Counted from the stretch's first letter, positions 11,367 through 24,438 are shown. The stretch: DNA of 64,000 nt from Octopus vulgaris (GCA_951406725.2 OX597833.1:11160001-11224000); one strand, 5' to 3'. Numbers and translations: made by a program. Notes: generated by a model not told the origin, from the letters alone.

Positions 11367-12658
11367 CGAGGGGCGTTCAATAAGTAATGCCTCTGACCCA
11401 CTTGCACTTGTTTGATCTAGCTGAAATTTTGCATGTGCAATTATTTATATCTTTATAGATTAAGTGGCAAATTACAGCTCTGAACTAATTGTGGTTTCTG
11501 ATTTACACGTGTTTGAACTGAGTCAAGTGTGAAATGGAGCCTGTTGAGTGTCGAGCAGTGATTCGGTTTTTGTATTTGAAACGACGCACACCACGGGAGA
11601 CTTTTGATGAAATGAAAGTAACTTATGGTGATGATGCCCCATCATATGACCTTGTAAAACGCTGGCATCGTGAATTCAAACATGGTCGGAACTCTGTGGA
11701 AACAGCTCCCAGATTTGGTCGCCCTCTTTTGCCATTGATGAGGCATCTGTCCGTCAAGTTGAGGCTGCCATTTTGGAAGATCGACGCATAACTATTCGCC
11801 AAATAGCCCATGAGGTCAATATTAGTACCGGGTCTGTGGAAACTATCATTCATGACCATTTGCATATGAAAAAGGTGTCTGCCAGATGGATTCCCAGGTT
11901 GCTCACACCTTTCCAGAAGCAAGAACGCGTCGATTGCTCGAGGGTGAATTTGGAGATGTGCCAAGAAGATGAGTCAAAATTTTTCAAAAGACTGATTACA
12001 CAGGATGAAACCTGGGTCCATCACTATGATCCAGAGTCCAAAGCCCAGTCAATGCAGTGGAAGCACCGTGACTCACCTCCTCCAAAGAAGGCAAGGGTGC
12101 AGCCCTCCGCTGACAAGGTCAGGCTCACAGTCTTCTGGGACCAGGACGGAGTAGTGATGACAGATTTCCTGGCAAAGGGTGTCACAATTACAGGAGTCTA
12201 TTATGCTTCACTTTTGAGGAAATTAAGAGAAGCTATCAAAATCAAGAGGCGGGGCAAGATCAGCAAAGGCATCCTCCTCCTGCAGGACGACGCTCCGATC
12301 CACAACTTGTGTGTCGCCAGACCAGAAGCACAGGCGTGCGGCTATGAACTCATCCCCCATTCTCCCTACTCTCCTGACCTTGCACCCTCTGATTTTCACC
12401 TCTTCCCAGCCATGAAGTTGTTTTTGAAAGGAAAGCGTTTCCCAGAAGATGCAGCCTTGATTTCTGAAGTCACGTCGTGGTTGGAGGACCAAGAAGGCGT
12501 CTTCTACAAAAATGGTCTTCAGAGCTGCATCAAACGATGGGAGAAACGTGTAACTCTGGGTGGTTCCTATGTAGAAAAAGACTAATAACTGTGCCAAGTT
12601 TCGTTGCTCTACTGCTATGGGAAGTGGGCCAGGGGCATTACTTATTGAACGCCCCTCG
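11367..12658 (+). mobile_element. Full-length mariner transposon (DD34D), 1292 bp, one frameshift
   Basis: About 37-bp TIRs CGAGGGGCGTTCAATAAGTAATGCC(T/C)CTG(A/G)CCCACTT flanked by TA. Transposase 11534-12585 with WIPRLL, TQDETW, QDDAPIH and YSPDLAPSDFHLF; frameshift near 11725. Confidence 0.95.
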
Positions 12659-12677
12659 TATATATATATATATATAA

Positions 12678-12709
<32 letters not shown>

Positions 12710-12714
<5 letters not shown>

Positions 12715-12982
12715 ACTCTTTTACTTGTTTCAGTCATTTGAATGTGGCCATGCTGGAGCACTACCTTTAGTCGATCGAGCAAATATAAAGGCGGTGCTCC
12801 AGCATGGCCACATTCAAATGACTGGAGCACCGCCTTTATATTTGCTCGATCGACTAAAGGCGGTGCTCCAGCATGGCCACATTCAAATGACTGGAGCACC
12901 GCCTTTATATTTGCTCGATCGACTAAAGGCGGTGCTCCAGCATGGCCACATTCAAATGACTGAAACAAGTAAAAGAGTAAAA
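12710..12982. repeat. Fold-back/tandem rearrangement of the SINE A tail (63-bp unit)
   Basis: Alternating GGAGCACCGCCTTTA / TAAAGGCGGTGCTCC segments; the two ends are inverted SINE tails. Confidence 0.85.
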
Positions 12983-12984
12983 GA

Positions 12985-13029
<45 letters not shown>

Positions 13030-13031
<2 letters not shown>

Positions 13032-13228
13032 CTCTTTTACTTGTTTCAGTCATTTGAATGTGGCCATGCTGGAGCACCGCCTTTAGTCGATCGAGCAAAT
13101 CGACCCCAGAATAAGCCTAGTACTAATTCTATCGGTCTCTTTTGGCGATACGCTAAGTTACGGAACGTAAACACACCAGCATCGTTGTCAAGCGATGTTG
13201 GGGGGACAAACACAGACAAAACAAATAC

Positions 13229-13289
<61 letters not shown>

Positions 13290-13402
13290 CATACATACAT
13301 ACATACATACGACAGGCTTCTTTCAGTTTCCGTCTACATTCGACTAAGAAATTCAAGGCAGTGCTCCAGCACGGCCGCAGCCAAATGGCTGAAACAAGTA
13401 AT
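13030..13402 (-). mobile_element. SINE family A, truncated, with adjoining inverted tail
   Basis: Homology to 10535-10948. Confidence 0.8.
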
Positions 13403-13457
13403 AAATATACATATATATATATATATATATACATATATATATACATACATATATACA

Positions 13458-13534
<77 letters not shown>

Positions 13535-13671
13535 ATAGAAGGTGCAGGGAACAGGTCGTATGTGGAGACCCATTTGTAGAAAATAGAAATAAACAGTCTT
13601 GACTGCTATTTCTGATTTTTTCGGTATGTGGCTAAGCAACCTGTTGCCTGCATCTTCTATTTATATACAAT

Positions 13672-13756
<85 letters not shown>

Positions 13757-13884
13757 TGAACTTTACAGAAGTTCCTGCCGTTAATGGTTATATTTACATG
13801 CCGAAATCTACCAGTAAATAATTGTTGGTTTTTTGAAAAACCATCGAAGAAATTATTTACACTTATTATTATATTATGTTATAT

Positions 13885-13947
<63 letters not shown>

Positions 13948-14051
13948 ACTTACATATGTACATGTCTGTCTGTATGTATATATATGTGTGTGCGTGCATA
14001 TATGCATGTATATATATATATATGCATATATGTATATATGTGTATAAATAA

Positions 14052-14109
<58 letters not shown>

Positions 14110-14483
14110 TTGTGTGTATATATGTTTGTGTTTGTGTGTGAGTGTGGTCTGTGTCATACACACCACAAAAGAATATTCTACTATATATAATCTATAAACT
14201 GTGATCAACATTACGCTCACTATTTTGATTTACAGATTATTTTGACCCAGATATTATATCAAATTTCCTTTATTACTTTTCCTATTTCTGATAATATCGC
14301 AGAACGCACATTCAATCCCAAACGAAATGATTTATTAAGATTTCAAATGGAAACGACGTAAATTTGTATGCTTTTCTGAGATTTGATTTTTTTATGAGAA
14401 TTGTTGACCAAACTTACGTAAATAGGGACTGCGTCGTATATTCTTATTAAATTGATGTGTGCATGTGTTATGTAAGTGCGTTG

Positions 14484-14557
<74 letters not shown>

Positions 14558-14797
14558 GTGTGCGTGCACGTCTGTGCTAACATCTCGGTTCTTGCTGCTA
14601 ACATGCAAATCCGTACAACTTATTTCAAAGGTGATTAACAAATGAAAGACCAGCCTTTTTAGCAACCTCCTGGGACCGAAGCGAGTCAATTGAGACAAAT
14701 GTTTTTGTTTGTTTTTATTTTTTTATTTTAAAGAAGAAAAAAAAACAACAAAGTGAAATGAGAAGAAACATTTATTGACGAATAAATAAATTAATTA

Positions 14798-15202
14798 GTG
14801 GAGGCGCAATGGCCCAGTGGTTAGGGCAGCGGACTCGCGGTCGTAGGATCGCGGTTTCGATTCCCAGACCGGGCGTTGTGAGTGTTTATTGAGCGAAAAC
14901 ACCTAAAACCTCCACGAGGCTCCGGCAGGGTTGGTTGCGATCTCTGCTGTACTCTTTCACCACAACTTTCTCTCACTCTTACTTCCTGTTTCTATTGTAC
15001 CTGTATTTCAAAGGGCCGGCCTTGTCACTCTCTGTGTCACGCTGAATATCCCCGAGAACTACGTTAAGGGTACACGTGTCTATGGAGTGCTCGGCCACTT
15101 ACACGTTAATTTCACGAGCAGACTGTTCCGTTGATCGGATCAACCGGAACCCTCGTCGTCGTAACCGACGGAGTGCTCCACAAAAAAAAAAAAAAAAAAA
15201 AA
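14798..15202 (+). mobile_element. SINE family C variant with a different 3' end and a poly(A) tail
   Basis: Same head as 9458; ends GGAGTGCTCCAC(A)n. Confidence 0.85.
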
Positions 15203-15543
15203 ATTAATTAATTATTTTATCTGAAGTAGCTGCCATTATTTGTTTGCAGTTAAAAGAAATTAGTCCTTATATAACGAAACAAAATCAGATATGAAATCTA
15301 CGAGCAGAATTAATTATACATATTGTTCTTTTTCAGATTTCACATATTTTTGTAATTTTGTCTGATAGCACGTGCATCGATTTTTTTTTTCTTTGGTAAT
15401 TTCCTTGTATGTTGATGGCCATGCAGAAAATTACCACAAAGCTCCTCAACTTTTGTCTAAGTTCTCGCCGACTAACGTTTGATGTGTATACACTTTTGTA
15501 TATTGTCCAACTGTTTATAAGGGTTCTAAAATACTGTAAAAAG

Positions 15544-15600
15544 TTAGGGTTAGGGTTAGGGTTAGGGTTAGGGTTAGGGTTAGGGTTAGGGTTAGGGTTA
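15544..15600 (+). repeat. Interstitial telomeric repeat (TTAGGG)9+
   Basis: Nine perfect TTAGGG units plus TTA. Confidence 0.95.
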
Positions 15601-15655
15601 TTGTAAAAAACAAAAACATGCATGAGGCACGACATAATATGATATTTCTAAGTTG

Positions 15656-17947
15656 AGGCGGTGAGCTGGCAGAAACGTTAGCACACCGGGCGAAATGCTT
15701 AGCGGTATTGCGTCTGTCGTTGCGTTCTGAGTTCAAATTCCGCCGAGGTCGACTTCGCTTTTCATCCTTTCGGAGGTCGATAAATTAAGTACCAGTTACG
15801 CACTGGGGTCGATGTAATAATCGACTTAATCCGTTTGTCTGTTCTTGTTTGTCCCCTCTGTGTTTAGCCCCTGTGGGCAATAAAGAAATAAGTATTTCGT
15901 CTGAGTTCAAATTCCGCCGAGGTCGACTTTGCCTTTCATCCTTTCGAGGTCGATAAATTAAGTACCAGTTACGCACTGGGGTCGATGTAATCGACTTAAT
16001 CCGTTTGTCTGTCCTTGTTTGTCCCCTCTGTGTTTAGCCCCCTGTGGGCAATAAAGAAATAAGTATTTCGTCTGAGTTCAAATTCCGCCGAGGTCGACTT
16101 TGCCTTTCATCCTTTCGGGGTCGATAAATTAAGTACCAGTTACGCACTGGGATCGATGTAATCGACTTAATCCGTTTGTCTGTCCTTGTTTGTCCCCTCT
16201 GTGTTTAGCCCCTTGTGGGCAATAAAGAAATAAGTATTTCGTCTGAGTTCAAATTCCGCCGAGGTCGACTTTGCCTTTCATCCTTTCGGGGTCGATAAAT
16301 TAAGTACCAGTTACGCACTGGGGTCGATGTAATCGACTTAATCCGTTTGTCTATCCTTGTTTGTCCCCTCTGTGTTTAGCCCCCTGTGGGCAATAAAGAA
16401 ATAAGTATTTCGTCTGAGTTCAAATTCCGCCGAGGTCGACTTTGCCTTTCATCCTTTCGAGGTCGATAAATTAAGTACCAGTTACGCACTGGGGTCGATG
16501 TAATAATCGACTTAATCCGTTTGTCTGTTCTTGTTTGTCCCCTCTGTGTTTAGCCCCCTGTGGGCAATAAAGAAATAAGTATTTCGTCTGAGTTCAAATT
16601 CCGCCGAGGTCGACTTTGCCTTTCATCCTTTCGGGGTCGATAAATTAAGTACCAGTTACGCACTGGGGTCGATGTAATCGACTTAATCCGTTTGTCTGTC
16701 CTTGTTTGTCCCCTCTGTGTTTAGCCCCCTGTGGGCAATAAAGAAATAAGTATTTCGTCTGAGTTCAAATTCCGCCGAGGTCGACTTTGCCTTTCATCCT
16801 TTCGAGGTCGATAAATTAAGTACCAGTTACGCACTGGGGTCGATGTAATCGACTTAATCCGTTTGTCTGTTCTTGTTTGTCCCCTCTGTGTTTAGCCCCC
16901 TGTGGGCAATAAAGAAATAAGTATTTCGTCTGAGTTCAAATTCCGCCGAGGTCGACTTTGCCTTTCATCCTTTCGGGGTCGATAAATTAAGTACCAGTTA
17001 CGCACTGGGGTCGATGTAATCGACTTAATCCGTTTGTCTGTCCTTGTTTGTCCCCTCTGTGTTTAGCCCCCTGTGGGCAATAAAGAAATAAGTATTTCGT
17101 CTGAGTTCAAATTCCGCCGAGGTCGACTTTGCCTTTCATCCTTTCGAGGTCGATAAATTAAGTACCAGTTACGCACTGGGGTCGATGTAATCGACTTAAT
17201 CCGTTTGTCTGTCCTTGTTTGTCCCCTCTGTGTTTAGCCCCCTGTGGGCAATAAAGAAATAAGTATTTCGTCTGAGTTCAAATTCCGCCGAGGTCGACTT
17301 TGCCTTTCATCCTTTCGGGGTCGATAAATTAAGTACCAGTTACGCACTGGGGTCGATGTAATCGACTTAATCCGTTTGTCTGTCCTTGTTTGTCCCCTCT
17401 GTGTTTAGCCCCTTGTGGGCAATAAAGAAATAAGTATTTCGTCTGAGTTCAAATTCCGCCGAGGTCGACTTTGCCTTTCATTCTTTCGGGGTCGATAAAT
17501 TAAGTACCAGTTACGCACTGGGATCGATGTAATCGACTTAATCCGTTTGTCTGTCCTTGTTTGTCCCCTCTGTGTTTAGCCCCTTGTGGGCAATAAAGAA
17601 ATAAGTATTTCGTCTGAGTTCAAATTCCGCCGAGGTCGACTTTGCCTTTCATCCTTTCGGGGTCGATAAATTAAGTACCAGTTACGCACTGGGGTCGATG
17701 TAATCGACTTAATCCGTTTGTCTATCCTTGTTTGTCCCCTCTGTGTTTAGCCCCTGTGGGCAATAAAGAAATAAGTATTTCGTCTGAGTTCAAATTCCGC
17801 CGAGGTCGACTTTGCCTTTCATCCTTTCGAGGTCGATAAATTAAGTACCAGTTACGCACTGGGGTCGATGTAATAATCGACTTAATCCGTTTGTCTGTTC
17901 TTGTTTGTCCCCTCTGTGTTTAGCCCCTTGTGGGTAGTAATTAAACA
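15656..17947 (+). repeat. SINE family B head plus 12 tandem 170-174-bp body copies (13 units) within a single 15-bp TSD
   Basis: Unit starts (TATTTCGTCTGAG) at 15893, 16064, 16235, 16406, 16580, 16751, 16922, 17093, 17264, 17435, 17606, 17776; TSD GATATTTCTAAGTTG at 15641-15655 and 17948-17962. Confidence 0.95.
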
Positions 17948-18069
17948 GATATTTCTAAGTTGTTCTAATATTTTTTCAACTGTTAGGACTCTGGACATGT
18001 CAATTTCTATGAGAAAATATTGTTACAACGTAATTACTAAATCTGAAAATACAGAAAAAAGCATAGTAA

Positions 18070-18282
18070 CTCTCTCTTTTACTCTTTTACTTGTTTCTGT
18101 CATTTGACTGCGGCCATGCTGGAGCACCGCCTTTAGTCGAGCAAATCGACCCCGGGACTTATTCTTTGTAAGCCCAGTACTTATTCTGTCGGTCTCTTTT
18201 GCCGAACCGCTAAGTGACGGGGACGTAAACACACCAGCATCGGTTGTCAAGCAATGCTAGGGGGACAAACACAGACACACAA

Positions 18283-18313
<31 letters not shown>

Positions 18314-18460
18314 CATATATACAACAGGCTTCTTTCAGTTTCCGTCTACCAAATCCACTCACAAGGCATTGGTCGGCCCGGGGCTATGGCAGAAGACACT
18401 TGCCCAAGATGCCACGCAGTGGGACTGAACCCGGAACCATGTGGTTGGTTAGCAAGCAAC
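18070..18460 (-). mobile_element. SINE family A
   Basis: Homology to the 10535 copy. Confidence 0.85.
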
Positions 18461-18771
18461 TATTCATGTATATAAAAAAACCCATACACTACCTACAAAG
18501 ACCACAAGCGTCAAATGACGTACGACGAGGCTTTGGTATTTGCCCACCATTTTACGTTTATTTTTGTCCACCATTTCTAATACATTAGAAAGTATTTCGC
18601 TGTTGTTTGAAAACATGTTTGATTTTCGTTTGCTTTCTCGCTCGCTCTAATACACCCCTTTACCATTAGTGAGATGAGTGTAAACGTTGTACTGGCAGGT
18701 TTTGGCCTATATATTTATTTATATTTGTCTGCAAAGCTAAAATCCATACACCATGAAATAAGTATCAACAA

Positions 18772-19185
18772 GGCGCAGGAGCGGCTGTGTGGTAAGTAGC
18801 TTGTTTACCAACCACATGGTTCCGGGTTCAGTCCCACCGCGTGGTACCTTGGGCAAGTGTCTTCTACTATAGCCTCGGGCTGACCAATGCATTGTGAGTG
18901 GATTTGGTAGACGGAAACTGAAAGAAGCCCGTCGTATATATGTATATATATATGTGTGTGTGTGTGTGTTTGTGTGTCTGTGTTTGTCCCCCTTGCATTG
19001 CTTTACAACCGATGCTGGTGTGTTTATGTCCCCGTCACCTAGCGGTTCGGCAAAAGAGACCGATAGAATAAGTACTGGGCTTACAAAAGAATAAGTCCCG
19101 GGGTCGAGTTGCTCGATTAAAGGCTGTGCTCCAGCATGGCCGCAGTGAAAATGACTGACACAAGTAAAAGAGTTAAAGAGTATAA
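18772..19185 (+). mobile_element. SINE family A, full length
   Basis: Homology to the 10535 copy. Confidence 0.88.
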
Positions 19186-19199
19186 AGAGAGAGTCAGTC

Positions 19200-19490
19200 G
19201 GAAATACGTAACAAAGGGACACTGGTTTCACTGATCCAGGCATATATCAAACTTGGTTCAGTCATTTACAATGATTCTTAGGCTGCCTACGATAATTGAA
19301 CGTGTTTGGGTTATCACTATTACGTGATAAACCATTCTGGAAATATTATTGATCAAATACATACACAAAACATTGAACGCTTCTGGAGGGACATAAAAGA
19401 ATTAATAAGAAGGCCAAGTATTCGGTTAAAATATTGGCATCAACACCGGGCCAGGGGCCATATATTAATTAATTTCCTCACAGAGGGATC
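19200..19490 (+). pseudogene. Merlin/IS1595(ISXO2)-like transposase fragment
   Basis: IKLGSVIYNDS*AAYDN*TCLGYHYYVINHS...IHTQNIERFWRDIK matches the Merlin D..AY...H..VNHS...HTQ.IE..W motif; contains stops. Confidence 0.75.
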
Positions 19491-19504
19491 GGAGATGATT
19501 TATT

Positions 19505-19735
19505 TCCTTACAACTCACTACCCAGAAAGGGGCTAAACACAGAGAGGACAGACAAACAAACAGATTAAGTCGATTACATCGACCCCAGTGCGTAACTGGT
19601 ACTTAGATTATCGACACCGAAAGGATGAAAGGCAAAGTCGACCTCGGCGGAATTTGAACTCAGAACGTAACGACAGACGAAATACCGCTAAGCATTCCGC
19701 CCGGCACGCACGCAAATGTGTCTACCAGCTCGCCT
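19505..19735 (-). mobile_element. SINE family B
   Basis: Reverse complement of the 15656 head unit. Confidence 0.85.
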
Positions 19736-19752
19736 TATATATATATATATAT

Positions 19753-19908
<156 letters not shown>

Positions 19909-19941
19909 ATATATATATATATATACACACACACACATATA

Positions 19942-20026
<85 letters not shown>

Positions 20027-20029
20027 TAC

Positions 20030-20089
<60 letters not shown>

Positions 20090-20226
20090 AAATATATATA
20101 CATAAATATATATACATAAATATATATGTATATATATATATTTATGTGTGTTACCAAAAGGATTGAGTAACCCATCAGTTTAATGTAAATTATTTTTACT
20201 ATAATATAATAACATTCATATATATA

Positions 20227-20462
20227 TGTTGATTCGCTAGCTTTTGCACGCATATTTTTCTCTCTCCTTCTTTCTGTGTTTTTTTTTCTCTGTGTATCTT
20301 TCTGTTGAAGAGCGTAGGCTCGAAACGTTAAAGACTTGTTTCATTTATATTTCCTGAGCGCCATACTAATACAATTGTTTGTTTGTATTCCACCTGCCTT
20401 CGTCTTTTGTTTATTTCCGTAAACCTGCCTTCGTCTTTTGTCTATTTTCATAAAGCTTACCG

Positions 20463-20465
<3 letters not shown>
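20227..20465 (+). mobile_element. Penelope-like pLTR remnant with hammerhead-like motif (second copy)
   Basis: Inverted homolog of 5817-6022; flanked by (TA)n. Confidence 0.6.
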
Positions 20466-20520
<55 letters not shown>

Positions 20521-20839
20521 GTATATTTATGTATATGTAAAAAAATACAAACTGGGACAAGAACGCAAAACATTTAGAAGACGATACAAAAAAACACGGG
20601 CGGGACATTCGAAGCCTTCAATCTTCAGTCAAGAACCGGATCATCCTCGCAATTTCGGCTGATTAATCTTGAGATCGCTCCGATCCGGCCAGCCCTAAGG
20701 AAAGACTAAGCTACGAGCATTAGATTTCTTGGAAGAAAGCCTCGAATGTATACGAAAGAGGGACAGATAAAAACGGACGATGCCACACGAATATAAAATA
20801 CAAAAAGCAATAATAGTAATAATAACAGGACAAGATTAT

Positions 20840-21355
20840 ATCGACCCCAGTACGTAACTGGTACTTAATTTATCGACTCCGAAAGGATGAAGGGCAAACT
20901 CGACCTCGGCGGAATTTGAACTCACAACGTAACGGCAGACGAAATACCGCTAAGCATTTCGCCCGACGTGCTAACGTTTCTGCCATCTCGCCGCCTTTCC
21001 TATTAGATGTAGTACCATCGAATAAAAGCACACACACACTCACACACGACAAATTATATCATCAACAAAGACAGAGAAACACACACACACACACACATAT
21101 AATAAATGCACCGTTTTAAATCCTAGCCAGGGTCGTGGGCCCGGTTTCCCGATTTCTATGGCGTATGTGCCCCTCCCCCCAACTGGACGGGACGCCGGTC
21201 CATTGCAGTGTTACTCATTTTTGCCAGCTGAGTGGACTGGAGCAGGGTGAAAATGAAGAGTTTTGCTGAAGAACACAACGCGTCGCCCGGCCCAGGAATC
21301 GAAACCACAATCATACGATCATGATGCTGACAGCCTAACCACAAAACCACGCGCC

Positions 21356-21412
<57 letters not shown>

Positions 21413-21543
21413 CGCCACCACCCCCTGCCGGAGCCTCGTGGAGCTTTAGGTGTTTTCGCTCAATAAACACACACAATGCCCAGTCTGGGAATCGAAACCG
21501 TGATTCTACAACCACGAATCCGCTGCCCTAATATATATATATG

Positions 21544-21597
<54 letters not shown>

Positions 21598-21696
21598 TGC
21601 TCTTAGGCTGTTTCATATTGATTGTTTACTATAGTCGCCTTAACGTCTCTTGTAATATGTTGATAGGAAGTAATCTGTCTGTCTGTCTGTGTGTGT

Positions 21697-21740
<44 letters not shown>

Positions 21741-22038
21741 GTATGTGCGCGCGCGATCTCGCACCTTGTGTCTGTGTCGACTTATGCCGGAGACTAATGA
21801 ATGACTTTCCTAGACATACTTTTATATATTTACGTATTTCTGCCAGAAACTTGCCCCGCCCAAAATCGAATTGTTCGTTTCTAAACCAATGATATTAAGG
21901 CTACACAATGTGGGCGTGTACTAAGTAACGCTAATACTTATCATTGGATGCAGATGATTTGACACTATCATCTAATAGACACACCCACACACATTCACAC
22001 TTAAACTATGATATCACCTTCATATATATGTTTACATT

Positions 22039-22080
<42 letters not shown>

Positions 22081-23054
22081 GGCGGCGGACTCGTTGTTGT
22101 AGAATCGCGGTTTCGATTCTCAGACCGGGTTTTGTGAGTTTTTATTGAGCGAAAACACCTAAAGCTCCACGACCCTCCGGCAGGGGGTGATGGCCATCCC
22201 TGCTGTATCCTTTTGCCACAACTTTCTCTCCCTCTTTCTTCGGTTGACCTGCTTGCTTAGCCAGCGGGGCAGCGTCATTTGAAGGCTAAAACAATGCGAA
22301 GCGCATTGTGACCAGCGATGTGTAGCAACATCTGATAGCCTGGTCGGTCACGGTGATATATATATAAATTAGAAAAAAAAACACCTTTTATCAATTCAAA
22401 ATGAACAATTAAATTACACATTCTAGAAAATTTTTCATTTTGAATTGCTAAAAGGTGTTTTTTTCTAATTTTGATATATATATTATATTGTGTGGAGGCG
22501 CAATGGCCCAGTGGTTAGGGCAGCGGACTCGCGGTCGGAGCATCGCGGTTTCGACTCCCAGACTGGTGTTGTGTGTGTTTATTGAGCGAAAACACCTAAA
22601 AAGCTCCACGAACCTCCGGCAGGGGGTGGTCATCCCTGCTGTACTCTTTCACCACTCTTTCTCCCACACTTTCTTCTCTTGGCCTGCTTGCTTAGCCAGC
22701 GGGGTGGTGTCGTTCGAAGGCTAAAACAATGCGGACGCATTGTGACCAGTGATGTGTAACAACATCTGATGGTCTGGTCGGTCACGTGATCACGTGATAT
22801 TATTTTGTGTGAAATTTGATTTAGTATTTCTAAATTGTGTTTTTTTTTTGTAAGTTTTGGAATTCACTCCCTCAAATAATATGAGTAACTCATCAGTTAC
22901 TATAATATAAAAACATTCATATATATATATATATATATATCGCCACCACACCTACCGGAGACTCGTGGAGCTTTAGGTGTTTTCGCTCAATAAACACTCA
23001 CAAAACCCGGTCTGAGAATCGAAACCGCGATTCTACAACAACGAGTCCGCCGCC

Positions 23055-23110
<56 letters not shown>

Positions 23111-23539
23111 AATGTAAACATATATATGAAGGTGATATCATAGTTTAAGTGTGAATGTGTGTGGGTGTGTCTATTAGATGATAGTGTCAAATCATCTGCA
23201 TCCAATGATAAGTATTAGCGTTACTTAGTACACGCCCACATTGTGTAGCCTTATTATCATTGGTTTAGAAACGAACAATTCGATTTTGGGCGGGGCAAGT
23301 TTCTTGCATAAAAATATAAAAGTTTGTCTAGGAAAGTCATTCATTAGTCTCCGGCATAAGTCGACACAGACACAAGGTGCGAGATCGCGCGCGCACATAC
23401 ACCCTCTCTCTATCTCTCTCTCTCTTTCTCTCTCTCACACACACACAGACAGACAGACAGATTACTTCCTATCTACATATTACAAGAGACGTTAAGGCGA
23501 CTATAGTAAACAATCAATATGAAACAGCCTACGAGCATA

Positions 23540-23604
<65 letters not shown>

Positions 23605-23721
23605 TAGGGCAGCAGATTCGTGGTTGTAGAATCGCGGTTTCGATTCTCAGACCGTATTTTGTGAGTGTTTATTGAGCGAAAACATCTAAAGCGCCATGAG
23701 GCTCCGGCAGGGGGTGGGTGG

Positions 23722-23785
<64 letters not shown>

Positions 23786-23786
23786 C

Positions 23787-23828
<42 letters not shown>

Positions 23829-24085
23829 GAGGCGCGTGGTTTTGTGGTTAGGCTGTCAGCATCATGATCGTATGATTGTGGTTTCGATTCCTGGGCCGGG
23901 CGACGCGTTGTGTTCTTCAGCAAAACTCTTCATTTTCACCCTGCTCCAGTCCACTCAGCTGGCAAAAATGAGTAACACTGCAATGGACCGGCGACCCGCC
24001 CAGTTGGGGGGGGGGGGCACATACGCCATAGAAACCGGGAAACCGGGCCCACGACCCTGGCTAGGATTTAAAACGGTGCATTTAT

Positions 24086-24134
<49 letters not shown>

Positions 24135-24362
24135 CTCTGTCTTTGTTGATGATATAATTTGTCGTGTGTGAGTGTGTGTGTGCCGAGTACTACATCTAAT
24201 AGGAAAGGCGGCGAGATGGCAGAAACGTTAGCACGTCGGGCGAAATGCTTAGCGGAATTTCGTCTCCCGTTACGTTGTGAGTTCGAATTCCGCCGAGGTC
24301 GACTTTGCCTTTCATCCTTTCGGGGTCGATAAATTAAGTACCAGTTACGCACTGGGGTCGAT
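20840..24362. repeat. About 1.4-kb inverted segmental duplication (20840-22200 / 22940-24362)
   Basis: Unique segments (e.g. 21600-22040 vs 23105-23540) and the order of SINEs are mirrored. Confidence 0.9.
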
Positions 24363-24438
24363 GTAATCGACTTAATACCTATGTCTGTCCTTTTTTGTCC
24401 CCTCTGTGTTTTGCCCCTTGTGGGTAATAAATAAATAG
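24202..24438 (+). mobile_element. SINE family B with 15-bp TSD
   Basis: TSD GTACTACATCTAATA at 24187-24201 and 24439-24453. Confidence 0.9.

Noticed and set aside
15656-17947. CRISPR-like array
   Set aside because: Units are contiguous near-identical SINE bodies with no unique spacers and no cas genes; eukaryotic context.
20600-20720. Hammerhead-like pieces (CTGAAGA; GGCTG...CAGCC-GAAA) on the minus strand, and similar at 25230-25300
   Set aside because: Could not assemble the core boxes and three stems in a valid order.
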